DNA of 64,000 nucleotides, taken from positions 245,706,001 to 245,770,000 of the forward strand of contig OZ024743.1 of the NCBI GenBank assembly GCA_964016885.1. The letters are read 5' to 3'. Both the position numbers and the translations under genes were made by a program. The notes under the pieces were generated by a model. The model did no database searches. It saw nothing but the letters and a program-made list of their open reading frames with translations, and was not told where the DNA came from. Shown here piece after piece: positions 11,432 through 26,400 of this stretch. The stretch comes from Eledone cirrhosa (lineage: Eukaryota). Position 1 is the stretch's first letter. The number at the start of each line of letters is the position of its first letter.

Positions 11432-14400
11432 GGTGGGGTGTATATTGGGTTAAGAGGTGTCTACTGACTGTAGGTTTGTATGGTGGGGTGTATATTGGGT
11501 TAAGAGGAGTCTACTGACTGTAGATTTGTATGGTGGGGTGTATATTGGGTTAAGAGGTGTCTACTGACTGTAGGTTTGTATGGTGGGGTGTATATTGGGT
11601 TAAGAGGTGTCTACTGACTGTAGGTTTGTATGGTGGATGTATATTGGGTTAAGAGGTGTCTACTGACTGTAGGTTTGTATGGTGGGGTGTATATTGGGTT
11701 AAGAGGTGTCTACTGACTGTAGGTTTGTATGGTGGGTGTATATTGGGTTAAGAAGTGTCTACTGACTGTAGGTTTGTTTGGTGGGGTGTATATTGGGTTA
11801 AGAAGTGTCTACTGACTGTAGGTTTGTTTGGTGGGGTGTATATTGGGTTAAGAAGTGTCTACTGACTGTAGGTTTGTTTGGTGGGGTGTATATTGGGTTA
11901 AGAAGTGTCTACTGACTGTAGGTTTGTTTGGTGGGGTGTATATTGGGTTAAGAGGTGTCTACTGACTGTAGGTTTGTATGGTGGGGTGTATATTGGGTTA
12001 AGAGGTGTCTACTGACTGTAGGTTTGTATGGTGGGTGTATATTGGGTTAAGAGGTGTCTACTGACTGTAGGTTTGTATGGTGGGTGTATATTGGGTTAAG
12101 AGGTGTCTACTGACTGTAGGTTTGTATGGTGGGGTGTATATTGGGTTAAGAAGTGTCTACTGACTGTAGGTTTGTTTGGTGGGGTGTATATTGGGTTAAG
12201 AAGTGTCTACTGACTGTAGGTTTGTTTGGTGGGGTGTATATTGGGTTAAGAAGTGTCTACTGACTGTAGGTTTGTTTGGTGGGGTGTATATTGGGTTAAG
12301 AAGTGTCTACTGACTGTAGGTTTGTTTGGTGGGGTGTATATTGGGTTAAGAGGTGTCTACTGACTGTAGGTTTGTATGGTGGGGTGTATATTGGGTTAAG
12401 AAGTGTCTACTGACTGTAGGTTTGTATGGTGGGGTGTATATTGGGTTAAGAGGTGTCTACTGACTGTAGGTTTGTATGGTGGATGTATATTGGGTTAAGA
12501 AGTGTCTACTGACTGTAGGTTTGTATGGTGGGGTGTATATTGGGTTAAGAGGTGTCTACTGTCTGTAGGTTTGTATGGTGGGGTGTATATAGGGTTAAGA
12601 AGTGTCTACTGACTGTAGGTTTGTATGGTGGATGTATATTGGGTTAAGAGGTGTCTACTGACTGTAGGTTTGTATGGTGGGGTGTATATAGGGTTAAGAA
12701 GTGTCTACTGACTCTAGGTTTGTATGGTGGGTGTATATTTGGTTAAGAGGTGCCTACTGACTGTAGGTTTGTATGGTGGGTGTATATTGGGTTAAGAGGT
12801 GTCTACTGACTGTAGGTTTGTATGGTGGGGTGTATATTGGGTTAAGAGGTGTCTACTGACTGTAGGTTTGTATGGTGGGGTGTATATTGGGTTAAGAAGG
12901 GTCTACTGTCTGTAGGTTTGTATGGTGGGGTGTATATTGGGTTAAGAGGTGTCTACTGACTGTAGGTTTGTATGGTGGGTGTATATTGGGTTAAGAGGTG
13001 TCTACTGACTGTAGGTTTGTATGGTGGGGTGTATATTGGGTTAAGAGGTGTCTACTGACTGTAGGTTTGTATGGTGGGGTGTATATTGGGTTAAGAGGTG
13101 TCTACTGACTGTAGGTTTGTATGGTGGGGTGTATATTGGGTTAAGAAGGGTCTACTGTCTGTAGGTTTGTATGGTGGGGTGTATATTGGGTTAAGAGGTG
13201 TCTACTGACTGTAGGTTTGTATGGTGGGTGTATATTGGGTTAAGAGGTGTCTACTGACTGTAGGTTTGTATGGTGGGGTGTATATTGGGTTAAGAGGTGT
13301 CTACTGACTGTAGGTTTGTATGGTGGGGTGTATATTGGGTTAAGAAGTGTCTACTGACTGTAGGTTTGTTTGGTGGGGTGTATATTGGGTTAAGAAGTGT
13401 CTACTGACTGTAGGTTTGTATGGTGGGGTGTATATTGGGTTAAGAAGGGTCTACTGACTGTAGGTTTGTATGGTGGATATATATTGGGTTAAGAAGTGTC
13501 TACTGACTGTAGGTTTGTATGGTGGGGTGTATATTGGGTTAAGAAGTGTCTACTGACTGTAGGTTTGTATGGTGGGGTGTATATTGGGTTAAGAAGGGTC
13601 TACTGACTGTAGGTTTGTATGGTGGGGTGTATATTGGGTTAAGAGGTGTCTACTGACTGTAGGTTTGTTTGGTGGGGTGTATATTGGGTTAAGAGGAGTC
13701 TACTGACTGTAGGTTTGTATGGTGGGGTGTATATTGGGTTAAGAGGTGTCTACTGACTGTAGGTTTGTATGGTGGGGTGTATATTGGGTTAAGAAGGGTC
13801 TACTGACTGTAGGTTTGTATGGTGGGGTGTATATTGGGTTAAGAAGTGCCTACTGACTGTAGGTTTGTATGGTGGGGTGTATATTGGGTTAAGAAGTGTC
13901 TACTGACTGTAGGTTTGTATGGTGGGGTGTATATTGGGTTAAGAAGGGTCTACTGACTGTAGGTTTGTATGGTGGGGTGTATATTGGGTTAAGAAGTGCC
14001 TACTGACTGTAGGTTTGTATGGTGGGGTGTATATTGGGTTAAGAAGTGTCTACTGACTGTAGGTTTGTATGGTGGGGTGTATATTGGGTTAAGAAGTGTC
14101 TACTGACTGTAGGTTTGTATGGTGGGGTGTATATTGGGTTAAGAGGTGTCTACTGACTGTAGGTTTGTATGGTGGGGTGTATATTGGGTTAAGAGGTGTC
14201 TACTGACTGTAGGTTTGTATGGTGGGGTGTATATTGGCTTAAGAAGTGTCTACTGACTGTAGGTTTGTATGGTGGGGTGTATATTGGGTTAAGAGGTGTC
14301 TACTGACTGTAGGTTTGTATGGTGGGGTGTATATTGGGTTAAGAGGTGTCTACTGACTGTAGGTTTGTATGGTGGGGTGTATATTGGGTTAAGAGGTGTC

Positions 14401-17400
14401 TACTGACTGTAGGTTTGTATGGTGGGGTGTATATTGGGTTAAGAGGTGTCTACTGACTGTAGGTTTGTATGGTGGGGTGTATATTGGGTTAAGAAGTGCC
14501 TACTGACTGTAGGTTTGTATGGTGGGGTGTATATTGGGTTAAGAGGTGTCTACTGACTGTAGGTTTGTATGGTGGGGTGTATATTGGGTTAAGAAGTGTC
14601 TACTGACTGTAGGTTTGTATGGTGGGGTGTATATTGGGTTAAGAAGTGCCTACTGACTGTAGGTTTGTATGGTGGGGTGTATATTGGGTTAAGAAGTGTC
14701 TACTGACTGTAGGTTTGTATGGTGGGGTGTATATTGGGTTAAGAAGTGTCTACTGACTGTAGGTTTGTATGGTGGGGTGTATATAGGGTTAAGAGGTGTC
14801 TACTGACTGTAGGTTTGTATGGTGGGGTGTATATTGGGTTAAGAGGTGTCTACTGACTGTAGGTTTGTATGGTGGGGTGTATATTGGGTTAAGAGGTGTC
14901 TACTGACTGTAGGTTTGTATGGTGGGGTGTATATTGGGTTAAGAAGTGCCTACTGACTGTAGGTTTGTATGGTGGGTGTATATTGGGTTAAGAGGTGTCT
15001 ACTGACTGTAGGTTTGTATGGTGGGTGTATATTGGGTTAAGAGGTGTCTACTGACTGTAGGTTTGTATGGTGGGGTGTATATTGGGTTAAGAGTTGTCTA
15101 CTGACTGTAGGTTTGTATGGTGGGGTGTATATTGGGTTAAGAGGTGTCTACTGACTGTAGGTTTGTATGGTGGGGTGTATATTGGGTTAAGAGGTGTCTA
15201 CTGACTGTAGGTTTGTATGGTGGGGTGTATATTGGGTTAAGAGGTGTCTACTGACTGTAGGTTTGTATGGTGGGGTGTATATTGGGTTAAGAAGTGCCTA
15301 CTGACTGTAGGTTTGTATGGTGGGGTGTATATTGGGTTAAGAGGTGTCTACTGACTGTAGGTTTGTATCGTGGGGTGTATATTGGGTTAAGAGGTGTCTA
15401 CTGACTGTAGGTTTGTATGGTGGGGTGTATATTTGGTTAAGAGTTGTCTACTGACTGTAGGTTTGTATGGTGGGGTGTATATTGGGTTAAGAGGTGTCTA
15501 CTGACTGTAGGTTTGTATGGTGGATGTATATTGGGTTAAGAAGTGCCTACTGACTGTAGGTTTGTATGGTGGGTGTATATTGGGTTAAGAGGTGCCTACT
15601 GACTGTAGGTTTGTATGGTGGGGTGTATATTGGGTTAAGAGGTGTCTACTGACTGTAGGTTTGTATGGTGGGGTGTATATTGGGTTAAGAGGTGTCTACT
15701 GACTGTAGGTTTGTATGGTGGGGTGTATATTGGGTTAAGAGGTGTCTACTGACTGTAGGTTTGTATGGTGGGGTGTATATTGGGTTAAGAGGTGTCTACT
15801 GACTGTAGGTTTGTATGGTGGATGTATATTGGGTTAAGAAGGGTCTACTGACTGTAGGTTTGTATGGTGGGGTGTATATTGGGTTAAGAGGTGTCTACTG
15901 ACTGTAGGTTTGTATGGTGGGGTGTATATTGGGTTAAGAGGTGTCTACTGACTGTAGGTTTGTATGGTGGGGTGTATATTGGGTTAAGAGGTGTCTACTG
16001 TCTGTAGGTTTGTATGGTGGGGTGTATATTGGGTTAAGAGGTGTCTACTGACTGTAGGTTTGTATGGTGGATGTATATTGGGTTAAGAAGGGTCTACTGA
16101 CTGTAGGTTTGTATGGTGGGGTGTATATTGGGTTAAGAGGTGTCTACTGACTGTAGGTTTGTATGGTGGGGTGTATATTGGGTTAAGAGGTGTCTACTGA
16201 CTGTAGGTTTGTATGGTGGGGTGTATATTGGGTTAAGAGGTGTCTACTGACTGTAGGTTTGTATGGTGGGGTGTATATTGGGTTAAGAGGTGTCTACTGA
16301 CTGTAGGTTTGTATGGTGGGGTGTATATTGGGTTAAGAGGTGTCTACTGACTGTAGGTTTGTATGGTGGGGTGTATATTGGGTTAAGAGGTGTCTACTGA
16401 CTGTAGGTTTGTATGGTGGATGTATATTGGGTTAAGAAGGGTCTACTGACTGTAGGTTTGTATGGTGGGGTGTATATTGGGTTAAGAGGTGTCTACTGAC
16501 TGTAGGTTTGTATGGTGGGTGTATATTGGGTTAAGAGGTGTCTACTGACTGTAGGTTTGTATGGTGGGGTGTATATTGGGTTAAGAGGTGTCTACTGACT
16601 GTAGGTTTGTATGGTGGGGTGTATATTGGGTTAAGAGGTGTCTACTGACTGTAGGTTTGTATGGTGGGGTGTATATTGGGTTAAGAGGTGTCTACTGACT
16701 GTAGGTTTGTATGGTGGGGTGTATATTGGGTTAAGAGGTGTCTACTGACTGTAGGTTTGTATGGTGGGGTGTATATTGGGTTAAGAGGTGTCTACTGACT
16801 GTAGGTTTGTATGGTGGATGTATATTGGGTTAAGAAGGGTCTACTGACTGTAGGTTTGTATGGTGGGGTGTATATTGGGTTAAGAGGTGTCTACTGACTG
16901 TAGGTTTGTATGGTGGGTGTATATTGGGTTAAGAGGTGTCTACTGACTGTAGGTTTGTATGGTGGGCTGTATATTGGGTTAAGAAGTGTCTACTGACTGT
17001 AGGTTTGTTTGGTGGGGTGTATATTGGGTTAAGAGGTGTCTACTGACTGTAGGTTTGTATGGTGGGGTGTATATTGGGTTAAGAGGTGTCTACTGACTGT
17101 AGGTTTGTATGGTGGGGTGTATATTGGGTTAAGAGGTGTCTACTGACTGTAGGTTTGTATGGTGGGGTGTATATTGGGTTAAGATGTGTCTACTGACTGT
17201 AGGTTTGTTTGGTGGGGTGTATATTGGGTTAAGTAGTGTCTACTGACTGTAGGTTTGTATGGTGGGGTGTAAATTGGGTTAAGAGGTGTCTACTGACTGT
17301 AGGTTTGTATGGTGGGGTGTATATTGGGTTAAGAGGTGTCTACTGACTGTAGGTTTGTATGGTGGATGTATATTGGGTTAAGAGGTGTCTACTGACTGTA

Positions 17401-20400
17401 GGTTTGTATGGTGGGTGTATATTTGGTTAAGAGGTGTCTACTGACTGTAGGTTTGTATGGTGGATGTATATTGGGTTAAGAGGTGCCTACTGACTGTAGG
17501 TTTGTATGGTGGGGTGTATATTGGGTTAAGATGTGTCTACTGACTGTAGGTTTGTTTGGTGGGTGTATATTGGGTTAAGAAGTGTCTACTGACTGTAGGT
17601 TTGTATGGTGGGGTGTATATTGGGTTAAGAGGTGTCTACTGTCTGTAGGTTTGTTTGGTGGGGTGTATATTGGGTTAAGAGGTGTCTACTGACTGTAGGT
17701 TTGTATGGTGGGGTGTATATTGGGTTAAGAGGTGTCTACTGACTGTAGGTTTGTATGGTGGATGTATATTGGGTTAAGAAGTGTCTACTGACTGTAGGTT
17801 TGTATGGTGGGGTGTATATTGGGTTAAGAGGTGTCTACTGACTGTAGGTTTGTATGGTGGGGTGTATATTGGGTTAAGAAGTGCCTACTGACTGTAGGTT
17901 TGTATGGTGGGGTGTATATTGGGTTAAGAGGTGTCTACTGACTGTAGGTTTGTATCGTGGGGTGTATATTGGGTTAAGAGGTGTCTACTGACTGTAGGTT
18001 TGTATGGTGGGGTGTATATTTGGTTAAGAGTTGTCTACTGACTGTAGGTTTGTATGGTGGGGTGTATATTGGGTTAAGAGGTGTCTACTGACTGTAGGTT
18101 TGTATGGTGGATGTATATTGGGTTAAGAAGTGCCTACTGACTGTAGGTTTGTATGGTGGGTGTATATTGGGTTAAGAGGTGCCTACTGACTGTAGGTTTG
18201 TATGGTGGGGTGTATATTGGGTTAAGAGGTGTCTACTGACTGTAGGTTTGTATGGTGGGGTGTATATTGGGTTAAGAGGTGTCTACTGACTGTAGGTTTG
18301 TATGGTGGGGTGTATATTGGGTTAAGAGGTGTCTACTGACTGTAGGTTTGTATGGTGGGGTGTATATTGGGTTAAGAGGTGTCTACTGACTGTAGGTTTG
18401 TATGGTGGATGTATATTGGGTTAAGAAGGGTCTACTGACTGTAGGTTTGTATGGTGGGGTGTATATTGGGTTAAGAGGTGTCTACTGACTGTAGGTTTGT
18501 ATGGTGGGGTGTATATTGGGTTAAGAGGTGTCTACTGACTGTAGGTTTGTATGGTGGGGTGTATATTGGGTTAAGAGGTGTCTACTGTCTGTAGGTTTGT
18601 ATGGTGGGGTGTATATTGGGTTAAGAGGTGTCTACTGACTGTAGGTTTGTATGGTTGATGTATATTGGGTTAAGAAGGGTCTACTGACTGTAGGTTTGTA
18701 TGGTGGGGTGTATATTGGGTTAAGAGGTGTCTACTGACTGTAGGTTTGTATGGTGGGGTGTATATTGGGTTAAGAGGTGTCTACTGACTGTAGGTTTGTA
18801 TGGTGGGGTGTATATTGGGTTAAGAGGTGTCTACTGACTGTAGGTTTGTATGGTGGGGTGTATATTGGGTTAAGAGGTGTCTACTGACTGTAGGTTTGTA
18901 TGGTGGGGTGTATATTGGGTTAAGAGGTGTCTACTGACTGTAGGTTTGTATGGTGGGGTGTATATTGGGTTAAGAGGTGTCTACTGACTGTAGGTTTGTA
19001 TGGTGGATGTATATTGGGTTAAGAAGGGTCTACTGACTGTAGGTTTGTATGGTGGGGTGTATATTGGGTTAAGAGGTGTCTACTGACTGTAGGTTTGTAT
19101 GGTGGGTGTATATTGGGTTAAGAGGTGTCTACTGACTGTAGGTTTGTATGGTGGGGTGTATATTGGGTTAAGAGGTGTCTACTGACTGTAGGTTTGTATG
19201 GTGGGGTGTATATTGGGTTAAGAGGTGTCTACTGACTGTAGGTTTGTATGGTGGGGTGTATATTGGGTTAAGAGGTGTCTACTGACTGTAGGTTTGTATG
19301 GTGGGGTGTATATTGGGTTAAGAGGTGTCTACTGACTGTAGGTTTGTATGGTGGGGTGTATATTGGGTTAAGAGGTGTCTACTGACTGTAGGTTTGTATG
19401 GTGGATGTATATTGGGTTAAGAAGGGTCTACTGACTGTAGGTTTGTATGGTGGGGTGTATATTGGGTTAAGAGGTGTCTACTGACTGTAGGTTTGTATGG
19501 TGGGTGTATATTGGGTTAAGAGGTGTCTACTGACTGTAGGTTTGTATGGTGGGCTGTATATTGGGTTAAGAAGTGTCTACTGACTGTAGGTTTGTTTGGT
19601 GGGGTGTATATTGGGTTAAGAGGTGTCTACTGACTGTAGGTTTGTATGGTGGGGTGTATATTGGGTTAAGAGGTGTCTACTGACTGTAGGTTTGTATGGT
19701 GGGGTGTATATTGGGTTAAGAGGTGTCTACTGACTGTAGGTTTGTATGGTGGGGTGTATATTGGGTTAAGATGTGTCTACTGACTGTAGGTTTGTTTGGT
19801 GGGGTGTATATTGGGTTAAGTAGTGTCTACTGACTGTAGGTTTGTATGGTGGGGTGTAAATTGGGTTAAGAGGTGTCTACTGACTGTAGGTTTGTATGGT
19901 GGGGTGTATATTGGGTTAAGAGGTGTCTACTGACTGTAGGTTTGTATGGTGGATGTATATTGGGTTAAGAGGTGTCTACTGACTGTAGGTTTGTATGGTG
20001 GGTGTATATTTGGTTAAGAGGTGTCTACTGACTGTAGGTTTGTATGGTGGATGTATATTGGGTTAAGAGGTGCCTACTGACTGTAGGTTTGTATGGTGGG
20101 GTGTATATTGGGTTAAGATGTGTCTACTGACTGTAGGTTTGTTTGGTGGGTGTATATTGGGTTAAGAAGTGTCTACTGACTGTAGGTTTGTATGGTGGGG
20201 TGTATATTGGGTTAAGAGGTGTCTACTGTCTGTAGGTTTGTTTGGTGGGGTGTATATTGGGTTAAGAGGTGTCTACTGACTGTAGGTTTGTATGGTGGGG
20301 TGTATATTGGGTTAAGAGGTGTCTACTGACTGTAGGTTTGTATGGTGGATGTATATTGGGTTAAGAAGTGTCTACTGACTGTAGGTTTGTATGGTGGGGT

Positions 20401-23400
20401 GTATATTGGGTTAAGAGGTGTCTACTGACTGTAGGTTTGTATGGTGGGGTGTATATTGGGTTAAGAAGGGTCTACTGACTGTAGGTTTGTATGGTGGGGT
20501 GTATATTGGGTTAAGAAGGGTCTACTGACTGTAGGTTTGTATGGTGGGGTGTATATTGGGTTAAGAGGTGTCTACTGACTGTAGGTTTGTATGGTGGATG
20601 TATATTGGGTTAAGAAGTGTCTACTGACTGTAGGTTTGTATGGTGGGTGTATATTGGGTTAAGAAGTGTCTACTGACTGTAGGTTTGTATGGTGGGTGTA
20701 TATTGGGTTAAGAGGTGTCTACTGACTGTAGGTTTGTTTGGTGGGGTGTATATTGGGTTAAGAGGTGCCTACTGACTGTAGGTTTGTATGGTGGGGTGTA
20801 TATTGGGTTAAGAAGTGTCTACTGACTGTAGGTTTGTTTGGTGGGTGTATATTGGGTTAAGAAGTGTCTACTGACTGTAGGTTTGTATGGTGGGGTGTAT
20901 ATTGGGTTAAGAGGTGCCTACTGACTGTAGGTTTGTATGGTGGGGTGTATATTGGGTTAAGAGGTGTCTACTGACTGTAGGTTTGTATGGTGGGGTGTAT
21001 ATTGGGTTAAGAGGTGTCTACTGACTGTAGGTTTGTATGGTGGGTGTATATTGGGTTAAGAGGTGTCTACTGACTGTAGGTTTGTATGGTGGGGTGTATA
21101 TTGGGTTAAGAGGTGTCTACTGACTGTAGGTTTGTTTGGTGGGTGTATATTGGGTTAAGAGGTGTCTACTGTCTGTAGGTTTGTTTGGTGGGTGTATATT
21201 GGGTTAAGAGGTGTCTACTGACTGTAGGTTTGTATGGTGGGGTGTATATTGGGTTAAGAGGTGTCTACTGACTGTAGGTTTGTTTGGTGGGTGTATATTG
21301 GGTTAAGAAGTGTCTACTGACTGTAGGTTTGTTTGGTGGGTGTATATTGGGTTAAGAAGTGTCTACTGACTGTAGGTTTGTATGGTGGGGTGTATATTGG
21401 GTTAAGAAGTGTCTACTGACTGTAGGTTTGTTTGGTGGGTGTATATTGGGTTAAGAAGTGTCTACTGACTGTAGGTTTGTTTGGTGGGTGTATATTGGGT
21501 TAAGAAGTGTCTACTGACTGTAGGTTTGTTTGGTGGGTGTATATTGGGTTAAGAAGTGTCTACTGACTGTAGGTTTGTTTGGTGGGTGTATATTGGGTTA
21601 AGAGGTGTCTACTGACTGTAGGTTTGTATGGTGGGGTGTATATTGGGTTAAGAGGTGTCTACTGACTGTAGGTTTGTATGGTGGGGTGTATATTGGGTTA
21701 AGAGGTGTCTACTGACTGTAGGTTTGTTTGGTGGGTGTATATTGGGTTAAGAAGTGTCTACTGACTGTAGGTTTGTATGGTGGGGTGTATATTGGGTTAA
21801 GAGGTGTCTACTGACTGTAGGTTTGTATGGTGGGGTGTATATTGGGTTAAGAGGTGTCTACTGACTGTAGGTTTGTTTGGTGGGTGTATATTGGGTTAAG
21901 AAGTGTCTACTGACTGTAGGTTTGTATGGTGGGTGTATATTGGGTTAAGAGGTGTCTACTGACTGTAGCTTTGTATGGTGGGGTGTATATTGGGTTAAGA
22001 GGTGTCTACTGACTGTAGGTTTGTATGGTGGGGTGTATATTGGGTTAAGAGGTGTCTACTGACTGTAGGTTTGTATGGTGGGGTGTATATTGGGTTAAGA
22101 GGTGTCTACTGACTGTAGGTTTGTTTGGTGGGTGTATATTGGGTTAAGAAGTGTCTACTGACTGTAGGTTTGTATGGTGGGTGTATATTGGGTTAAGAGG
22201 TGTCTACTGACTGTAGGTTTGTATGGTGGGGTGTATATTGGGTTAAGAGGTGTCTACTGACTGTAGGTTTGTATGGTGGGGTGTATATTGGGTTAAGAAG
22301 GGTCTACTGACTGTAGGTTTGTATGGTGGATGTATATTGGGTTAAGAGGTGTCTACTGACTGTAGGTTTGTATGGTGGATGTATATTGGGTTAAGAGGTG
22401 TCTACTGACTGTAGGTTTGTATGGTGGGGTGTATATTGGGTTAAGAAGTGTCTACTGACTGTAGGTTTGTATGGTGGGGTGTATATTGGGTTAAGAGGTG
22501 TCTACTGACTGTAGGTTTGTATGGTGGGGTGTATATTGGGTTAAGTGGTGTCTACTGTCTGTAGGTTTGTTTGGTGGGTGTATATTGGGTTAAGAGGTGT
22601 CTACTGACTGTAGGTTTGTTTGGTGGGTGTATATTGGTTAAGAGGGTGTCTACTGACTGTAGGTTTGTATGGTGGGTGTATATTGGGTTAAGAGGTGTCT
22701 ACTGACTGTAGGTTTGTATGGTGGGGTGTATATTGGGTTAAGAGGTGTCTACTGACTGTAGATTTGTATGGTGGGGTGTATATTGGGTTAAGAGGTGTCT
22801 ACTGACTGTAGGTTTGTATGGTGGGGTGTATATTGGGTTAAGAGGTGTCTACTGACTGTAGGTTTGTATGGTGGGGTGTATATTGGGTTAAGAGGTGTCT
22901 ACTGACTGTAGGTTTGTATGGTGGATGTATATTGGGTTAAGAGGTGTCTACTGACTGTAGGTTTGTATGGTGGGGTGTATATTGGGTTAAGAGGTGTCTA
23001 CTGACTGTAGGTTTGTATGGTGGGTGTATATTGGGTTAAGAAGGGTCTACTGACTGTAGGTTTGTATGGTGGGGTGTATATTGGGTTAAGAAGTGTCTAC
23101 TGACTGTAGGTTTGTATGGTGGATGTATATTGGGTTAAGAAGTGTCTACTGACTGTAGGTTTGTATGGTGGGGTGTATATTGGGTTAAGAAGGGTATACT
23201 GACTGTAGGTTTGTATGGTGGGGTGTATATTGGGTTAAGAAGTGTCTACTGACTGTAGGTTTGTATGGTGGATGTATATTGGGTAAAGAGGTGCCTACTG
23301 ACTGTAGGTTTGTATGGTGGGGTGTATATTGGGTTAAGAGGTGTCTACTGACTGTAGGTTTGTATGGTGGATGTATATTGGGTTAAGAAGTGCCTACTGA

Positions 23401-26400
23401 CTGTAGATTTGTATGGTGGGGTGTATATTGGGTTAAGAAGTGTCTACTGACTGTAGGTTTGTATGGTGGGGTGTATATTGGGTTAAGAGGTGTCTACTGA
23501 CTGTAGGTTTGTATCGTGGGGTGTATATTGGGTTAAGAGGTGTCTACTGACTGTAGGTTTGTATGGTGGGGTGTATATTTGGTTAAGAGTTGTCTACTGA
23601 CTGTAGGTTTGTATGGTGGGGTGTATATTGGGTTAAGAGGTGTCTACTGACTGTAGGTTTGTATGGTGGGGTGTATATTGGGTTAAGAAGTGTCTACTGA
23701 CTGTAGGTTTGTATGGTGGGTGTATATTGGGTTAAGAGGTGCCTAATGACTGTAGGTTTGTATGGTGGGGTGTATATTGGGTTAAGAAGTGTCTACTGAC
23801 TGTAGGTTTGTATGGTGGGTGTATATTGGGTTAAGAGGTGTCTAATGACTGTAGGTTTGTATGGTGGGGTGTATATTGGGTTAAGAAGTGTCTACTGACT
23901 GTAGGTTTGTATGGTGGGGTGTATATTGGGTTAAGAAGTGCCTACTGACTGTAGGTTTGTATGGTGGGTGTATATTGGGTTAAGAGGTGCCTAATGACTG
24001 TAGGTTTGTATGGTGGGGTGTATATTGGGTTAAGAAGTGTCTACTGACTGTAGGTTTGTATGGTGGGGTGTATATTGGGTTAAGAGGTGCCTACTGTCTG
24101 TAGGTTTGTATGGTGGGGTGTATATTGGGTTAAGAAGTGCCTACTGACTGTAGGTTTGTATGGTGGGTGTATATTGGGTTAAGAGGTGCCTAATGACTGT
24201 AGGTTTGTATGGTGGGGTGTATATTGGGTTAAGAAGTGTCTACTGACTGTAGGTTTGTATGGTGGGGTGTATATTGGGTTAAGAGGTGCCTACTGTCTCT
24301 AGGTTTGTATGGTGGGGTGTATATTGGGTTAAGAAGTGCCTACTGACTGTAGGTTTGTATGGTGGGTGTATATTGGGTTAAGAGGTGCCTAATGACTGTA
24401 GGTTTGTATGGTGGGGTGTATATTGGGTTAAGAAGTGTCTACTGACTGTAGGTTTGTATGGTGGGGTGTATATTGGGTTAAGAGGTGTCTACTGACTGTA
24501 GGTTTGTATGGTGGGGTGTATATTGGGTTAAGAGGTGTCTACTGACTGTAGGTTTGTATGGTGGGGTGTATATTGGGTTAAGAAGTGTCTACTGACTGTA
24601 GGTTTGTATGGTGGGGTGTATATTGGGTTAAGAAGTGTCTACTGACTGTAGGTTTGTATGGTGGGGTGTATATTGGGTTAAGAGGTGTCTACTGACTGTA
24701 GGTTTGTATGGTGGATGTATATTGGGTTAAGAAGTGTCTACTGACTGTAGGTTTGTATGGTGGGGTGTATATTGGGTTAAGAAGTGTCTACTGACTGTAG
24801 GTTTGTATGGTGGGGTGTATATTGGGTTAAGAAGTGTCTACTGACTGTAGGTTTGTATGGTGGGGTGTATATTGGGTTAAGAGGTGTCTACTGACTGTAG
24901 GTTTGTATGGTGGGTGTATATTGGGTTAAGAGGTGTCTACTGACTGTAGGTTTGTTTGGTGGGGTGTATATTGGGTTAAGAGGTGCCTACTGACTGTAGG
25001 TTTGTATGGTGGGGTGTATATTGGGTTAAGAAGTGTCTACTGACTGTAGGTTTGTTTGGTGGGTGTATATTGGGTTAAGAAGTGTCTACTGACTGTAGGT
25101 TTGTATGGTGGGGTGTATATTGGGTTAAGAGGTGCCTACTGACTGTAGGTTTGTATGGTGGGGTGTATATTGGGTTAAGAGGTGTCTACTGACTGTAGGT
25201 TTGTATGGTGGGGTGTATATTGGGTTAAGAGGTGTCTACTGACTGTAGGTTTGTATGGTGGGTGTATATTGGGTTAAGAGGTGTCTACTGACTGTAGGTT
25301 TGTATGGTGGGGTGTATATTGGGTTAAGAGGTGTCTACTGACTGTAAGTTTGTTTGGTGGGTGTATATTGGGTTAAGAGGTGTCTACTGTCTGTAGGTTT
25401 GTTTGGTGGGTGTATATTGGGTTAAGAGGTGTCTACTGACTGTAGGTTTGTATGGTGGGGTGTATATTGGGTTAAGAGGTGTCTACTGACTGTAGGTTTG
25501 TTTGGTGGGTGTATATTGGGTTAAGAAGTGTCTACTGACTGTAGGTTTGTTTGGTGGGTGTATATTGGGTTAAGAAGTGTCTACTGACTGTAGGTTTGTA
25601 TGGTGGGGTGTATATTGGGTTAAGAAGTGTCTACTAACTGTAGGTTTGTTTGGTGGGTGTATATTGGGTTAAGAAGTGTCTACTGACTGTAGGTTTGTTT
25701 GGTGGGTGTATATTGGGTTAAGAAGTGTCTACTGACTGTAGGTTTGTTTGGTGGGTGTATATTGGGTTAAGAAGTGTCTACTGACTGTAGGTTTGTTTGG
25801 TGGGTGTATATTGGGTTAAGAGGTGTCTACTGACTGTAGGTTTATATGGTGGGGTGTATATTGGGTTAAGAGGTGTCTACTGACTGTAGGTTTGTATGGT
25901 GGGGTGTATATTGGGTTAAGAGGTGTCTACTGACTGTAGGTTTGTTTGGTGGGTGTATATTGGGTTAAGAAGTGTCTACTGACTGTAGGTTTGTATGGTG
26001 GGGTGTATATTGGGTTAAGAGGTGTCTACTGACTGTAGGTTTGTATGGTGGGGTGTATATTGGGTTAAGAGGTGTCTACTGACTGTAGGTTTGTTTGGTG
26101 GGTGTATATTGGGTTAAGAAGTGTCTACTGACTGTAGGTTTGTATGGTGGGTGTATATTGGGTTAAGAGGTGTCTACTGACTGTAGGTTTGTATGGTGGG
26201 GTGTATATTGGGTTAAGAGGTGTCTACTGACTGTAGGTTTGTATGGTGGGGTGTATATTGGGTTAAGAGGTGTCTACTGACTGTAGGTTTGTATGGTGGG
26301 GTGTATATTGGGTTAAGAGGTGTCTACTGACTGTAGGTTTGTTTGGTGGGTGTATATTGGGTTAAGAAGTGTCTACTGACTGTAGGTTTGTATGGTGGGT

